A stretch of 64,000 nt of DNA from an uncultured Gammaproteobacteria bacterium (GTDB lineage Bacteria; Patescibacteriota; Microgenomatia; Levybacterales; UBA12049): contig CAZFYA010000003.1 of the NCBI GenBank assembly GCA_964523705.1, positions 432 to 64,431 of the forward strand, read 5' to 3'. The notes beneath the pieces are model-generated. The model was not told the origin of the DNA. It did not search any database and was given only the letters and a program-made list of their open reading frames with translations. The stretch's first letter is position 1; each line of letters opens with the position of its first letter. Positions 36,219 through 47,450 of this stretch are shown one piece after another. Position numbers and translations under genes: made by a program.

Positions 36219-37388
36219 ATGTTTAAGTTTGAAATTCTTCATAAAGATAAAAAAACCAAGGCAAGAGTTGGAAAAATACACACAAAAAGGGGAGTAATAG
36301 ATACTCCAATGTTTACTCCGGTTGGTACGAAAGCTACAGTTAAGACATTAACGCCAAAAGACTTAAAAGAAATTGGAGTGCAATTATTTTTTGGTAATAC
36401 TTATCACTTGCATCTTCAACCAGGGGAGGACCTAATTAATAAATTTGGTGGCGTTTCAAAATTTATGGGATGGGAGGGGCCTGTAATTACCGATAGCGGA
36501 GGATTTCAAGTTTTTTCCCTAGCCAGAACAAAAAAATTTAGAGGCCCAAATAAAGAAGAGATCCCAATGTTAGTTAAAATTACTAATGAAAAAGTAGAGT
36601 TTCGCTCTCACTTAGATGGGAGCTTACATATTTTTTCACCTGAAGAATCAATAAAAATACAACACAAATTAGGAGCAGATTTAATTCTTTGTTTTGATGA
36701 TTGTCCACCACATCCTTTAACAGAAGAAAAAGTAAAACTAGCAGTTAACAGAACTCATAAATGGGCAAAAAAATGTCTTGATTATCATAAAAAGAGTAAT
36801 AAAAAGGGACAAGCGCTATATGGAATAACTCAAGGAGGAGTATATAAAGATTTAAGGGAGAAGTCGGCAAGATATATTAATAGTCTTTCTTTTGATGGAA
36901 TTGCTATTGGCGGAGTAGCAGTTGGTGAAAGCAAAACTGAAATGTTAAATGTTTTAGATTGGTCAATGCCACATTTATCTGAAGAAAAACCAAAACACCT
37001 CTTGGGAGTAGGCGAAGTAGATGACTTTTTTGAAATTATTGAGCGTGGAATTGACACTTTTGATTGTGTTATTCCAACCAGACTTGGTCGAACCGGTTTT
37101 ATTTTTGTATCACCACCTGAGGGAAATATTAAAAACAGATTCAGAATTGATATTCAAAAAGCAAAATGGCAAAGCTCAAAGGTACCACTTGATAAAAATT
37201 GTAATTGTTATGTTTGTCAAAATTTTACCAGGGGATATATTCACCATTTATTTAAAGCAAAGGAACTTTTAGCATATAGACTTGCAACTTATCATAACCT
37301 TTATTTTTTAATAAGTTTAACAAAAAAAATTAGGGAAGCAATTTTGAAGGATAAATTCTTAAAGCTTAAAAAAGAATGGCTGGTGTGA
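36219..37388 (+). CDS. tgt: Queuine tRNA-ribosyltransferase
   Basis: TPMFTPVGT, substrate-pocket residues, and zinc site CNCYVCQNFTRGYIHHL. Confidence 0.85.
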   Translation: MFKFEILHKDKKTKARVGKIHTKRGVIDTPMFTPVGTKATVKTLTPKDLKEIGVQLFFGNTYHLHLQPGEDLINKFGGVSKFMGWEGPVITDSGGFQVFSLARTKKFRGPNKEEIPMLVKITNEKVEFRSHLDGSLHIFSPEESIKIQHKLGADLILCFDDCPPHPLTEEKVKLAVNRTHKWAKKCLDYHKKSNKKGQALYGITQGGVYKDLREKSARYINSLSFDGIAIGGVAVGESKTEMLNVLDWSMPHLSEEKPKHLLGVGEVDDFFEIIERGIDTFDCVIPTRLGRTGFIFVSPPEGNIKNRFRIDIQKAKWQSSKVPLDKNCNCYVCQNFTRGYIHHLFKAKELLAYRLATYHNLYFLISLTKKIREAILKDKFLKLKKEWLV

Positions 37389-37401
37389 TAAACTAAATAC
37401 A

Positions 37402-38400
37402 ATGAAAACAGTTTTTTCAGGGCTTCAACCAACTGGTAATATGCACATCGGAAATTACATTGGTGCAATAAAACAGTGGGTTAAGCTTCAGGATGAAAGA
37501 GATGCAATTTATTGCATTGTTGATCTTCATGCAATAACAGTGTATCAAGACCCAAAAGTCTTAAAAGAAAAAATTCTTGATACGGCCGCATTATATATTG
37601 CTTGTGGACTAGATCCTAAAAAAGCAAAGCTTTTTGTTCAATCTGATAATCCAGACCATCCATATTTAGCTTGGATTTTAAACACGATAACTCCTCTTGG
37701 TCAATTAGAAAGGATGACTCAGTTTAAAGAAAAGACAGCGAAACACCAGGAAAATGTAGGCCTTTTTGATTATCCGGTTTTACAGGCAGCAGATATTTTG
37801 TTGTATCAAACAGATGAAGTGCCGGTTGGCGATGATCAAAAGCAACACATTGAATTAGCAAGAGATTTAGCTGAAAAATTCAACAGTAAATTTGGGCAAA
37901 CATTCAAATTGCCAGAACCTCTAATTCAAAAACCCTTCGGATCCGCTCAGGGCCAAGGGCAGGCAAGAATTATGAGTCTTCAAAATCCAACAGCTAAGAT
38001 GAGTAAGTCTGATGTTGATCCAATGGGAGTAATTAATCTTTTAGACACAAAAGATGAGATTTTTGAAAAAGTTAAAAAGGCAGTAACTGATTCCGGTTCA
38101 AAAATTTCCCGCGATAAAGCTTCGGAAGGGCTATCTAATCTTTTAACAATTTATTCTGCATTTAAAAATCAGGGGTTAGACAAAACCTACGACGACGTAG
38201 AAGGGAAGTCTTATGGAGAATTCAAAACTAAATTAGCAGATCTTTTAATTGAAAATTTAACACCAATTCAAAAAAATTATAAAGAAGTTAGAAGTGATGA
38301 GGATTATCTACGTAACGTTTTAAAACAGGGTTTAGAAAATGTTAAAGAAAAGTCCTCAAAGACAATAGAAGAAGTAAAAGAAAAAGTAGGACTTGGCTAG
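37402..38400 (+). CDS. trpS: Tryptophan--tRNA ligase
   Basis: FSGLQPTGNMHIGNY (HIGH-class motif) and KMSKS. Confidence 0.9.
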   Translation: MKTVFSGLQPTGNMHIGNYIGAIKQWVKLQDERDAIYCIVDLHAITVYQDPKVLKEKILDTAALYIACGLDPKKAKLFVQSDNPDHPYLAWILNTITPLGQLERMTQFKEKTAKHQENVGLFDYPVLQAADILLYQTDEVPVGDDQKQHIELARDLAEKFNSKFGQTFKLPEPLIQKPFGSAQGQGQARIMSLQNPTAKMSKSDVDPMGVINLLDTKDEIFEKVKKAVTDSGSKISRDKASEGLSNLLTIYSAFKNQGLDKTYDDVEGKSYGEFKTKLADLLIENLTPIQKNYKEVRSDEDYLRNVLKQGLENVKEKSSKTIEEVKEKVGLG

Positions 38401-38433
38401 AAAACTAGCCTCTCCTGTGCTATACTGACCACC

Positions 38434-40281
38434 ATGCCAAACAAAAGAATAAAAAGGTTTAAGATTATAAAACCAAAGCCTAAATTCTCCTGGAAAAACT
38501 TAATTGTTTATGGTTTTTTGGCAGTTTTTTTATGGTTTATAATCCTTGGCATTACTCAACCAACTGGAAGCATTAGCGAAGATGCAAAACAAGTACCTCT
38601 TTCTCAAGTAATAACAGAAGTTAAAAAGGAAAATGTAAAACAAATTGAAGTATCAGGAAACAAGATTACCGCAATTCAAAAGAATGATGAAGCAATTGAG
38701 GCATATAAAGAGCCGGGAGCCAATCTTTATCAGATTTTTAAAGACTCTGGAGTATCTTTAGAAAAAACAAAAGTTGATGTAAAAGATGATACGGCAATGA
38801 ACAATTGGATAACCATTTTATCTTCAGTTCTTCCGATTTTATTAATGGTTGCTTTTTTCTATTTTATCTTTCGTCAGGCAAGGGGAGCGCAGGAAAGCGT
38901 ATTTTCCTTTGGACAATCAAAAGCAAAGTTATTTAATAAAGGAATTCAAAGGATTACCTTTAATGATGTTGCAGGAGTAGATGAGGCAAAACAGGAATTA
39001 TCAGAAGTTGTAGATTTTCTTAAAAACCCCGGTAAATACAAGGCAATTGGAGCAAGGACACCAAAAGGAGTATTAATGATTGGTCCTTCAGGTACAGGAA
39101 AGACCTTGCTTGCCAGAGCAACTGCCGGTGAGGCAAATGTACCATTTTTCTCAATGGCAGGTTCAGAATTTATGGAGATGTTGGTTGGAGTTGGCGCATC
39201 AAGAGTTAGAGATTTATTTAACACTGCTAAAAAAGCTCAACCGGCAATTATCTTCATTGATGAAATAGATGCGATTGGAAGACAAAGAGGAGCAGGCCTT
39301 ATGGGAGGACATGATGAAAGGGAACAAACCTTAAATCAGATATTGGTAGAAATGGATGGGTTTTCACCAAACGAACAACTAATTGTAATTGCAGCAACTA
39401 ACAGACCCGATGTATTAGATCCGGCCTTAATTAGACCCGGAAGATTTGACAGAAGAGTTGCTCTAGATATGCCAGACGTTGAGGGGAGAAAAGCTATTCT
39501 TCAAATTCATGCTAAAGGAAAACCGTTCACAAATGATGTTAATTGGGAAAAAATTGCTAAAAGAACAGTTGGTTTTTCAGGAGCAGATATTGAAAATATG
39601 TTAAATGAAGCAGCTATTTTAGCGGCAAGACTGTCTAAGAAAGCAATTGACACAAAAGATATAGAAGAAGCAGCAACCAAGGTTAAATTGGGACCGGAGA
39701 AGAAAAGACTTCAAACAGAAGAAGATAGAAAAATGACTGCATACCACGAGGCAGGACACGCTTTAGTTTCTTGGAGTATGCCCCACACTGATCCGGTACA
39801 TAGAATTTCAATTGTTTCAAGAGGGGTGTCTTTGGGTCATACAATGCTTGAACCAACAGAGCATATTCATCAAACAAAAACTTATCTTTTAGAACAAATT
39901 GCCGTAATGCTTGGAGGCAGGGCAGCTGAAGGGTTGATTTTTAAAGAAATGACAACCGGTGCAGCTGATGATATTGCTAAGGCAACTCAAGTTGCCAGAA
40001 CAATGGTTGTTGAATTTGGAATGAGTGAATTAGGGCCAGTTAACTTAGACGGAGATAAAAAACTAATTTATGAACAAAGTACTATTTCTCCCGATATGGC
40101 TTCAAAAATAGATGCAGAAGTTAAAAGAATTATTGATACTGCATTTAAGAACGCAACAGCTGTTCTTTCAAAAGCAAAACCAAGATTAGATAAGTTAGCA
40201 GAAGAACTTCTTAAAAAAGAAACTCTTGAGTCAGAAGAATTTGAGGCCATAGTTAATCCTAAAAAAACCGCTAAAAAATAA
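38434..40281 (+). CDS. ftsH: ATP-dependent zinc metalloprotease FtsH
   Basis: AAA Walker [12 protein letters not shown] region, HEAGH zinc motif, and N-terminal TM anchor. Confidence 0.9.
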   Translation: MPNKRIKRFKIIKPKPKFSWKNLIVYGFLAVFLWFIILGITQPTGSISEDAKQVPLSQVITEVKKENVKQIEVSGNKITAIQKNDEAIEAYKEPGANLYQIFKDSGVSLEKTKVDVKDDTAMNNWITILSSVLPILLMVAFFYFIFRQARGAQESVFSFGQSKAKLFNKGIQRITFNDVAGVDEAKQELSEVVDFLKNPGKYKAIGARTPKGVLMIGPSGTGKTLLARATAGEANVPFFSMAGSEFMEMLVGVGASRVRDLFNTAKKAQPAIIFIDEIDAIGRQRGAGLMGGHDEREQTLNQILVEMDGFSPNEQLIVIAATNRPDVLDPALIRPGRFDRRVALDMPDVEGRKAILQIHAKGKPFTNDVNWEKIAKRTVGFSGADIENMLNEAAILAARLSKKAIDTKDIEEAATKVKLGPEKKRLQTEEDRKMTAYHEAGHALVSWSMPHTDPVHRISIVSRGVSLGHTMLEPTEHIHQTKTYLLEQIAVMLGGRAAEGLIFKEMTTGAADDIAKATQVARTMVVEFGMSELGPVNLDGDKKLIYEQSTISPDMASKIDAEVKRIIDTAFKNATAVLSKAKPRLDKLAEELLKKETLESEEFEAIVNPKKTAKK

Positions 40282-40283
40282 TC

Positions 40284-41960
40284 ATGAAAAAAAGACTTAA
40301 ACTAATATTAATTAGTCTTATTTTGCTCTTTTTGTCAACTTCTCCTGTTTTTGCTTCATCTGAATCAATCCAAAATTTTTATACAGAAATTACAGCTCAC
40401 AAAGATGGAAGTTTAGACATAGTCGAGAACATAAAATATGATTTTTCAACTAATCAAAAGCATGGTATTTTTAGAAATATCCCTTTAATAAATACGGTTG
40501 AGGGTGTATCAAGAAAAATTGATATACAAGTAATTAAAGTTTTAAGAAATGGAGCAGAAGAAAGATATGTGGTGTCTAATAGCAAAAATGCTTTAAATTT
40601 AAAAATTGGTAAGGCAGAAGAGACAATTTCCTCAATTCAAGACTATACTATTTCTTATAAGGTCGCAAATGCAATTGGTAATTTTGATGACCATGATGAA
40701 ATATATTGGAACGTAACGGGAAATGAATGGGGTGTTCCAATTTCTAATGCTACTGCATCCGTAAAAGCTGATTTTGAAACAACAATTACAAAAGCAACAT
40801 GTTTTACGGGAGTGGTAAACAGCAAGGATAAAAACTGTAGTTTTCAAAAAGAAAATGATGTAGAGTTTTTCCAGGCGGAATCAATGCTTAACAGTGGGGA
40901 GGGGTTAACTATTGTTGCTGCTTTTCCTCCTAATACTTTTCCCAAGAGTAAAATTGAAGTTTCTCCAGCTCAAATTTCCTCAAAAACAGCAACAATAATT
41001 GCTATTATTTCTTTTGTTTTGATAGTCCTTTATTACATAATCCTTCCGTATTTTATCCTTCGTTGGTATTTAAAAAGAAGACATAAGTCCCGTTTTGGAA
41101 AACCTGCTGTTAATTTTGATATTCCAAAAGACAAGAACAAAAAAAGACTACTCCCGGCAGAAGCAGGAGTTATGGACACAGCAAGGCTTGACAGGGATGA
41201 TGTAATTGCCACGATTTTTGATTTAGCAATTAGAAAATATCTTGTTATTGAGCAAACTAAAAAGAAGAAAAACTTTTTAGGCCTTGGTGGCAAAGAAGAA
41301 TTTACAATAAAGAAAAAAAAGGATTATAAAGACCTAACTACCTTTGAAAAAACCTTACTTGATAGGCTCTTTAAAGATGGAAATTCAATAAAATTAAGCT
41401 CATTATCAAGTGATTTTTACAAAACATTTAGTGCTTTACAGACAAATATTTTCTCTCTTCTTATTAAAAAAGGTTTTTATAAAGAAAATCCAAAAAACAA
41501 AAAAGCACTGTATTTATCATTGGGGCTTGTTGCCATCTTTTTCTTTTTAAACCTCCCTTTGGCTTTTGTTCTTTTTTGGATGTTTAAATCATATAACGGC
41601 AGAACAGATTTAGGTGATGAAGCGGATTTTAGAATTGACGGGCTTAAACTTTTTCTAAGTAGTATGAGTAGGGAGCATAAGTGGTATGCAAATGAGTTAG
41701 CCCTAGTTGAAAAGATGATTCCATATTCAATTGCGCTTGGCTATATTGATAAGTTTATGGAGCAATTAAAAATTTCTTATCCTGATTATAATCCAAGCTG
41801 GTATAAAGGAAACCTTGCCTTTTATGCGGCTTCTAATACTATGTTTAAGTCAATGAATACTAGTGTTTTAACAAATGCTCCTTCAAGATCAAGTGGTTTT
41901 TCCTCTGGTGGAGGTTTTTCAAGTGGTGGTTCAGGTGGAGGAGGAGGCGGAAGCTGGTAA
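40284..41960 (+). CDS. DUF2207-family membrane protein with a Gly/Ser-rich C-terminal tail
   Basis: Signal peptide, a large exo domain, several TM helices, and a C-terminal SGFSSGGGFSSGGSGGGGGGSW. Confidence 0.5.
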   Translation: MKKRLKLILISLILLFLSTSPVFASSESIQNFYTEITAHKDGSLDIVENIKYDFSTNQKHGIFRNIPLINTVEGVSRKIDIQVIKVLRNGAEERYVVSNSKNALNLKIGKAEETISSIQDYTISYKVANAIGNFDDHDEIYWNVTGNEWGVPISNATASVKADFETTITKATCFTGVVNSKDKNCSFQKENDVEFFQAESMLNSGEGLTIVAAFPPNTFPKSKIEVSPAQISSKTATIIAIISFVLIVLYYIILPYFILRWYLKRRHKSRFGKPAVNFDIPKDKNKKRLLPAEAGVMDTARLDRDDVIATIFDLAIRKYLVIEQTKKKKNFLGLGGKEEFTIKKKKDYKDLTTFEKTLLDRLFKDGNSIKLSSLSSDFYKTFSALQTNIFSLLIKKGFYKENPKNKKALYLSLGLVAIFFFLNLPLAFVLFWMFKSYNGRTDLGDEADFRIDGLKLFLSSMSREHKWYANELALVEKMIPYSIALGYIDKFMEQLKISYPDYNPSWYKGNLAFYAASNTMFKSMNTSVLTNAPSRSSGFSSGGGFSSGGSGGGGGGSW

Positions 41961-42002
41961 TTTTTGCTTGACAAAAAAGAAGTTTAAGTAGACAATAATT
42001 TT

Positions 42003-42611
42003 ATGGAAAAGTTTTCAATTAAAGAAGCAGTCAGATTTGGGTTTAAGATAGCGATAAAAAACGTTCTTTTTTTCCTTGGAATTTTTGTTATTACAATTTT
42101 TATTTCAGGCATCAGTGGTTCTCTCCAAAACAGTCTTGAAGAACAAGCTCTTCTTGCTTTTATAGTTTCTTTTATTTTCTGGGTCATTTCAGAAATAATT
42201 GGTATGGGAATTTTAAGAATTAACCTTAAGTTTGTAGATAAGAAAAAACCAGGTTATAAAGACCTTTTTGTTCTTAATTGGAAAGCGATTTTTAATTATA
42301 TTGCTTCTGTAGTTTTAGTAGGTTTAATAGTTCTAATTGGTTTTATCCTACTTATTATACCCGGAATTTACCTTGCGCTTAGACTTCAATATGCTGGTTT
42401 TCTAGTTGTTGATAAAAACCTTACTGCCATAAAGGCAATTAAAAAAAGCTGGGCAATAACCAAGAATCATGCTTGGCATTTATTTGTCTTAGTCCTTGCC
42501 CTAATTGGAATAAATATTGTAGGTCTTTTAGTACTTGTGATTGGTCTTTTGGTCACAGTTCCTTTGTCAATGGTAGCTACAGCTTTTGTCTTTAGAAAGC
42601 TCTCCTCATAA
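42003..42611 (+). CDS. Hypothetical polytopic membrane protein
   Basis: 202 aa with four or five predicted TM helices. Confidence 0.4.
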   Translation: MEKFSIKEAVRFGFKIAIKNVLFFLGIFVITIFISGISGSLQNSLEEQALLAFIVSFIFWVISEIIGMGILRINLKFVDKKKPGYKDLFVLNWKAIFNYIASVVLVGLIVLIGFILLIIPGIYLALRLQYAGFLVVDKNLTAIKAIKKSWAITKNHAWHLFVLVLALIGINIVGLLVLVIGLLVTVPLSMVATAFVFRKLSS

Positions 42612-42640
42612 AAAAGGCTTTAAAATGCTATAATTTCCAT

Positions 42641-43600
42641 ATGCAAAAACTTATTCTTATTGATGGAAACGCAATACTACATCGCGCTTTTCATGCTCTA
42701 CCACCTCTTAATAATAAAAAGGGACAACAAACAAATGCGGTTTATGGGTTTTTTAGTATGCTTTTTAAAATAATAACTGATTTAAATCCAGAATATTTAG
42801 CAGTCTGTTTTGATCGGCCAAAACCCACCTTTAGAAAAGAGTTGTACGTTGGTTATCAGGCAAAAAGACCAAAAATGGATGATGACTTGGTTCCACAAAT
42901 TAAACTTGTTCACAAAGGATTAAAAAAAGCCAATATCCAAGTTTTTGAAATTGACGGCTATGAAGCAGATGATTTAATTGGGACAATTTCTACTCAAGCA
43001 GTAAAAAATAAAAAAGAGAATCTTCAAGTTATTATACTCTCAGGAGACAGAGATTTATTGCAATTAGTAAATCACAAGGTAAAAGTTTTAGCTCCAATAA
43101 TTGGCATGACAAAAATGATTTTATTTGATGAAGAAAAGGTAAAGGAAAAATATCATCTTAAGCCAATTCAAATTATTGATTACAAAGCGTTGGTTGGGGA
43201 CTCATCAGATAATTATCCAGGTGTACAAGGAGTGGGACCAAAAACTGCAAGCGAACTATTAAAAAAATATGAAACCTTTGAAAATCTATACAAGCACTTA
43301 GGCGAACTTCCTGAAAAAATATCTATAAAACTTGCTCAAGATGCAGAGCAGGCAGCTTTATGTTTAAAACTAGCAACCATAGTTAATAATGCTCCGTTAA
43401 AATTAAAACTTGATGATGCAAGCTTGATAAAATTAAATAAAGAAAAGCTTATTCAGTTTTTCAAAACAATGGGTTTTAAAAGCTTAATTAATAGAATAAT
43501 CAATAAGAAGGAAGAGAAGTTGAGCGAAGCCGCGTCAGACGCGGCGAAAGCGAAATCCGCCTCTGGCGGAAAAAACAGTCAACAATTAGGATTGATATGA
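42641..43600 (+). CDS. 5'-3' exonuclease (Pol I N-terminal / FEN-like domain only)
   Basis: LILIDGNAILHRAFHALPPL...GYEADDLIGT..., helix-hairpin-helix region. The C-terminal 30 aa are low-complexity and overlap GC-rich hairpins. Confidence 0.8.
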   Translation: MQKLILIDGNAILHRAFHALPPLNNKKGQQTNAVYGFFSMLFKIITDLNPEYLAVCFDRPKPTFRKELYVGYQAKRPKMDDDLVPQIKLVHKGLKKANIQVFEIDGYEADDLIGTISTQAVKNKKENLQVIILSGDRDLLQLVNHKVKVLAPIIGMTKMILFDEEKVKEKYHLKPIQIIDYKALVGDSSDNYPGVQGVGPKTASELLKKYETFENLYKHLGELPEKISIKLAQDAEQAALCLKLATIVNNAPLKLKLDDASLIKLNKEKLIQFFKTMGFKSLINRIINKKEEKLSEAASDAAKAKSASGGKNSQQLGLI

Positions 43601-44694
43601 AAATAGCTTTAGTTCACGATTATATTAAAGAATATGGCGGGGCAGAGAGAGTGCTTGAGGCCTTACACGAAATATATCCTGATGCACCGATATATACTTC
43701 GCTTTTTCTCCCACAATTCTTGGGACCGCATAGGAAACGCTTTGAAGAGATGGATATTCGACCTTCTTTTTTACAACAACTTCCAATTAAAGATAAATTA
43801 ATAAGCCCTATTAGGCTTATTGCACCGATGGTTTTTAAAAGCTTTGATTTATCAAAGTTTGACTTAATTATAGTTTCAGCAACCGGAGCATATTCTCCTA
43901 ATTTAATAAAAAAAAGTGGCGCAATTCAGGTTTGTTATTGTCATACACCGCCAAGATACCTTTACGGTTTTGCAACAGCCAGAGAGTGGAAGAAAAACCC
44001 ACTTTTTAAAATACTTGGAGAGGGGGCAAATCACTTTTTAAGGCTTTCGGATTTCAAATCAGCTAAAAATGTAGACTATTTTATTGCCAACTCTAAAAAT
44101 GTTCAAAGACGTATTAATAAATTCTATAGAAAAGAGGCAGTTGTAATTTATCCGCCCGTAGACATTTCAAATACAAAATACAAAATACTAAATACTAAAT
44201 ACTATTTGGCTGGAGGAAGATTGGCAAGGCCAAAGCATATTGATTTAATTGTTAAAACATTTACGAAAAATAAACTGCCACTTAAGATATTTGGTAAAGC
44301 CTTTGCCGGATATGGGGAAGAGTTAAAAGCAATTGCTGGTAAAAATATTAATTTTTTAGGGGAAATAACAGATTTAGAAAAAGAAGTTTTAATGAGCAAA
44401 GCAAAAGCCTTTGTTTTTGCCTCAGAAGATGAAGACTTTGGTATAACACCGGTTGAAGCAACAGCAGCAGCAACTCCTGTTATTGCATATAGCTCAGGTG
44501 GGGTTTTAGAATCTGTAATTGAGGGTAAAACCGGTATATTTTTCAATGAATTAACAACAGAAAGCTTAGATGAAGCTATTAAAAAACTTGAAAAAGTAAA
44601 ATTTAATAAAGAAGAAATGTTTAATCATGCTCAAAAGTTTAGTAAAGAGCGCTTTAAAAAAGAAATAAAGAAATATATACAAAGCTTAACTTAA
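43597..44694 (+). CDS. Glycosyltransferase family 4
   Basis: C-terminal EDFGITPVEA and GGVLESV motifs of GT4/GT-B enzymes. Confidence 0.75.
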   Translation: MKIALVHDYIKEYGGAERVLEALHEIYPDAPIYTSLFLPQFLGPHRKRFEEMDIRPSFLQQLPIKDKLISPIRLIAPMVFKSFDLSKFDLIIVSATGAYSPNLIKKSGAIQVCYCHTPPRYLYGFATAREWKKNPLFKILGEGANHFLRLSDFKSAKNVDYFIANSKNVQRRINKFYRKEAVVIYPPVDISNTKYKILNTKYYLAGGRLARPKHIDLIVKTFTKNKLPLKIFGKAFAGYGEELKAIAGKNINFLGEITDLEKEVLMSKAKAFVFASEDEDFGITPVEATAAATPVIAYSSGGVLESVIEGKTGIFFNELTTESLDEAIKKLEKVKFNKEEMFNHAQKFSKERFKKEIKKYIQSLT

Positions 44695-44695
44695 T

Positions 44696-45559
44696 ATGCC
44701 AGAACTTCCGGAAGTAGAAACACTAAAACTAGGTCTTCAAAAATATATCATAGGTAAAAAAATCTTAGATATTGAAGTAAAAGTTGCAAAGCTTTTTCAA
44801 GGAGATAAAAAAAATATAATTGGTGCAAAAATAACAGGGGTAAAAAGAATAGGAAAGGGATTAATAATTGAACTTGATAATAAATTTTGTCTTGCAATTC
44901 ATTTAAAAATGACCGGACAAATGATTTATCAGGGAAAAGAAACAAAGGGAATTGTACTTTCTAAAAAAACAGGAGGAGATTTACCTTCAAAATACAGCCA
45001 TGTAATTTTTACACTTAGTAATAATGCCAAATTATACTTTAATGATCTTCGAAAGTTCGGTTGGATTAGGGTTTTAAAAAGAAATGAGGCTGAAAAACTA
45101 CCTCTTTTTAGCGAAATGGGACCTGAACCATATGAAAAAACCGATTTAAAAAGAGAAAAGCTAACCCTTGAAAAATTTAAAGATATCCTTAGTAAGAGCA
45201 ATTTAGCAATAAAAGTACTTTTAATGGATCAGAAACGAATAGGAGGTATTGGAAATATTTATGCTAATGAAGCCTTATTTATTGCAGGGATTAATCCTAA
45301 AAGAAAAGCAAAGGAGCTAACAAATAAAGAAACAGAAAAACTTTTTAAGGCAATTTTTACTGTAATAAAAAAAGGAATAAAGTATGGTGGATCATCAGAT
45401 GAGAATTTTATTAATGTTTTAGGGCAGGAAGGCAAGTATCAACAGCATTTTTTAGTCTATAACAGAAAGGGACAAAATTGTGTTCAATGTGGCGAAAAGA
45501 TATTGAAAATAAGGCTTGGCCAAAGAGGCACATATTACTGCAAAGCTTGTCAAAAATAA
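44696..45559 (+). CDS. mutM: Formamidopyrimidine-DNA glycosylase
   Basis: MPELPEVETLK (catalytic Pro2/Glu3), H2TH, and C-terminal zinc finger CVQCG...CKACQK. Confidence 0.85.
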   Translation: MPELPEVETLKLGLQKYIIGKKILDIEVKVAKLFQGDKKNIIGAKITGVKRIGKGLIIELDNKFCLAIHLKMTGQMIYQGKETKGIVLSKKTGGDLPSKYSHVIFTLSNNAKLYFNDLRKFGWIRVLKRNEAEKLPLFSEMGPEPYEKTDLKREKLTLEKFKDILSKSNLAIKVLLMDQKRIGGIGNIYANEALFIAGINPKRKAKELTNKETEKLFKAIFTVIKKGIKYGGSSDENFINVLGQEGKYQQHFLVYNRKGQNCVQCGEKILKIRLGQRGTYYCKACQK

Positions 45560-45597
45560 GCATTGATTTATTTTTCGTAGTGTGTTAACATCAACTT

Positions 45598-45626
45598 CTA
45601 GCAACCTAAAAAATTGCTAGTTTTTT
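45598..45626 (+). terminator. Rho-independent terminator after mutM
   Basis: CTAGCAA-cctaaaaaa-TTGCTAG followed by TTTTTT. Confidence 0.55.
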
Positions 45627-46331
45627 ATGTCTAACGGATATAAAGAAAAAATTGTAATCTCAGTAGGGGGATCATTGATTGTCCCCAACGGAGGAATTGA
45701 TTCAGATTTTTTATCTGGATTAAATAGATTTATAAGAGAACAACTGGCGAAAAATAAGCACCGCCAGTTTTTTTTAATCACAGGTGGGGGAAAAACAACA
45801 AGACATTATCAAATGGCAGCAAGAGACGTAATTGGTAAGAATTTAACAGATAATGATTTAGACTGGTTAGGAATTCATGCTACAAGGTTAAATGCCCATT
45901 TAGTAAGAACAATTTTCAGAGATATTGCTCATTCACATTTAATTGATGATTATGATTACATTAGAAAAGCTAAAGAACCGGTAGTTATTGGGTCGGGCTG
46001 GAAGCCTGGATGGTCAACGGATTATGATGCAGTTTTAGTTTGTGAAGATTACGGAGCAAAAGAAATTATAAACTTAAGTAATTTAGAAAAAGTATACAAT
46101 AAAGATCCTAAGAAATATAAAGATGCAAAGCCATTAGATAAAATTTCTTGGCCAGAATTTAAAAAACTAGTTGGTGACAAATGGACTCCTGGTTTAAATG
46201 CTCCTTTTGATCCAATTGCTTCTAAAAAAGCAGAGGAATTAGGAGTAAGAGTAGCTTTTCTTGGCAAAGACTTTAAGAATCTTAAAAATTACCTTGCAGG
46301 AGAGAAGTTTGTTGGTACGATTATCGAATAA
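45627..46331 (+). CDS. Amino-acid-kinase family protein, probably archaeal-type UMP kinase
   Basis: KIVISVGGSLIVP...FFLITGGG... fold of carbamate/UMP kinases. 234 aa. Confidence 0.5.
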   Translation: MSNGYKEKIVISVGGSLIVPNGGIDSDFLSGLNRFIREQLAKNKHRQFFLITGGGKTTRHYQMAARDVIGKNLTDNDLDWLGIHATRLNAHLVRTIFRDIAHSHLIDDYDYIRKAKEPVVIGSGWKPGWSTDYDAVLVCEDYGAKEIINLSNLEKVYNKDPKKYKDAKPLDKISWPEFKKLVGDKWTPGLNAPFDPIASKKAEELGVRVAFLGKDFKNLKNYLAGEKFVGTIIE

Positions 46332-46368
46332 ATTAAATTGAAAAAAACCTCTTAAAAATGTAAAATGC

Positions 46369-47448
46369 TTGTTAATGTTTCTTAAAAACCTCAAACTTAC
46401 TAATTTTAGAAATTATAACAAAATTGAGATTAAATTTAATCCTAAGACTACTATAATTATTGGCCCAAACACTTTTGGTAAAACAAATCTTTTAGAAAGT
46501 ATTTATCTTTTGTCTACCGGAAAAAGCTTTAGAGCTGAAAAAGACATTCAAATGATTAGCTTTGGTGAGAATATTGCCAGAGTAACAGGAGAAGTAGGAG
46601 ATACTAAGCTTGAGGTGGTGCTTAGTAATGGTTTAACAAAGAATAATGGGTTTTTAAAAAAGCTTTTAGTTAATGGAATACCCAAGAGAAGAGTGGATTT
46701 TGCAGCTAATCTTACAACAGTTTTATTTTCTCCTGAAGACTTAGACATTATTGTTGATTCACCCTCACTTAGAAGAAGGTTTTTGGATAATGTTTTAGAG
46801 CAAGTAGATAAGGAATACAGACTCTCTTTAATTTCCTTTACAAAAGCCTTAAGACAAAGAAATGCGCTTTTAGAAAAGGCAAGAGAAACCCATTCGATGT
46901 GCTCAGGGCAAGCGGGAAGAAGAAATGAGAAGCAGTTTGAATATTGGGACAATATTTTAATTGAAAACGGTAATAAAATAACTGAAAAACGTCAAAATTT
47001 TATTGAATTCGTAAACAAAGAAGAAAGAGAAATATTTGATTTTGTAATGTATTATGATAAAAGCATAATTTCAAAAGAAAGACTTTTGCAATATAAAGAA
47101 GCTGAATTAGCTTCAGGAATAACATTAGTTGGTCCACATAGAGATGATTTCTCTCTTTCCATGTTTGATGATGAAAAAAGAACAACTCATGATATAAAAC
47201 TATTTGGCTCAAGAGGACAACAACGCTTGGCGATTTTACAGCTTAAGCTTTTGGAATTATTATATATTGAAAAAAACTTAGGCTATCGTCCCGTGCTACT
47301 TCTTGATGACATTTTTTCAGAACTTGATGAGGAGCACATAAATTTAGTATTAGAAATTATTGACAAACAACAAACAATTATCACAACAACACATAAGGAA
47401 TTTATTCCAAAAAACATTTTAGCTAAAATACAAGTATTAAAGCTTTAG
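46369..47448 (+). CDS. recF: DNA replication and repair protein RecF
   Basis: LKLTNFRNYNKIEIKFNPKTTIIIGPNTFGKTNLLESIYLLSTGKSFR (Walker A), plus signature and Walker B regions. Confidence 0.85.
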   Translation: MLMFLKNLKLTNFRNYNKIEIKFNPKTTIIIGPNTFGKTNLLESIYLLSTGKSFRAEKDIQMISFGENIARVTGEVGDTKLEVVLSNGLTKNNGFLKKLLVNGIPKRRVDFAANLTTVLFSPEDLDIIVDSPSLRRRFLDNVLEQVDKEYRLSLISFTKALRQRNALLEKARETHSMCSGQAGRRNEKQFEYWDNILIENGNKITEKRQNFIEFVNKEEREIFDFVMYYDKSIISKERLLQYKEAELASGITLVGPHRDDFSLSMFDDEKRTTHDIKLFGSRGQQRLAILQLKLLELLYIEKNLGYRPVLLLDDIFSELDEEHINLVLEIIDKQQTIITTTHKEFIPKNILAKIQVLKL

Positions 47449-47450
47449 AA

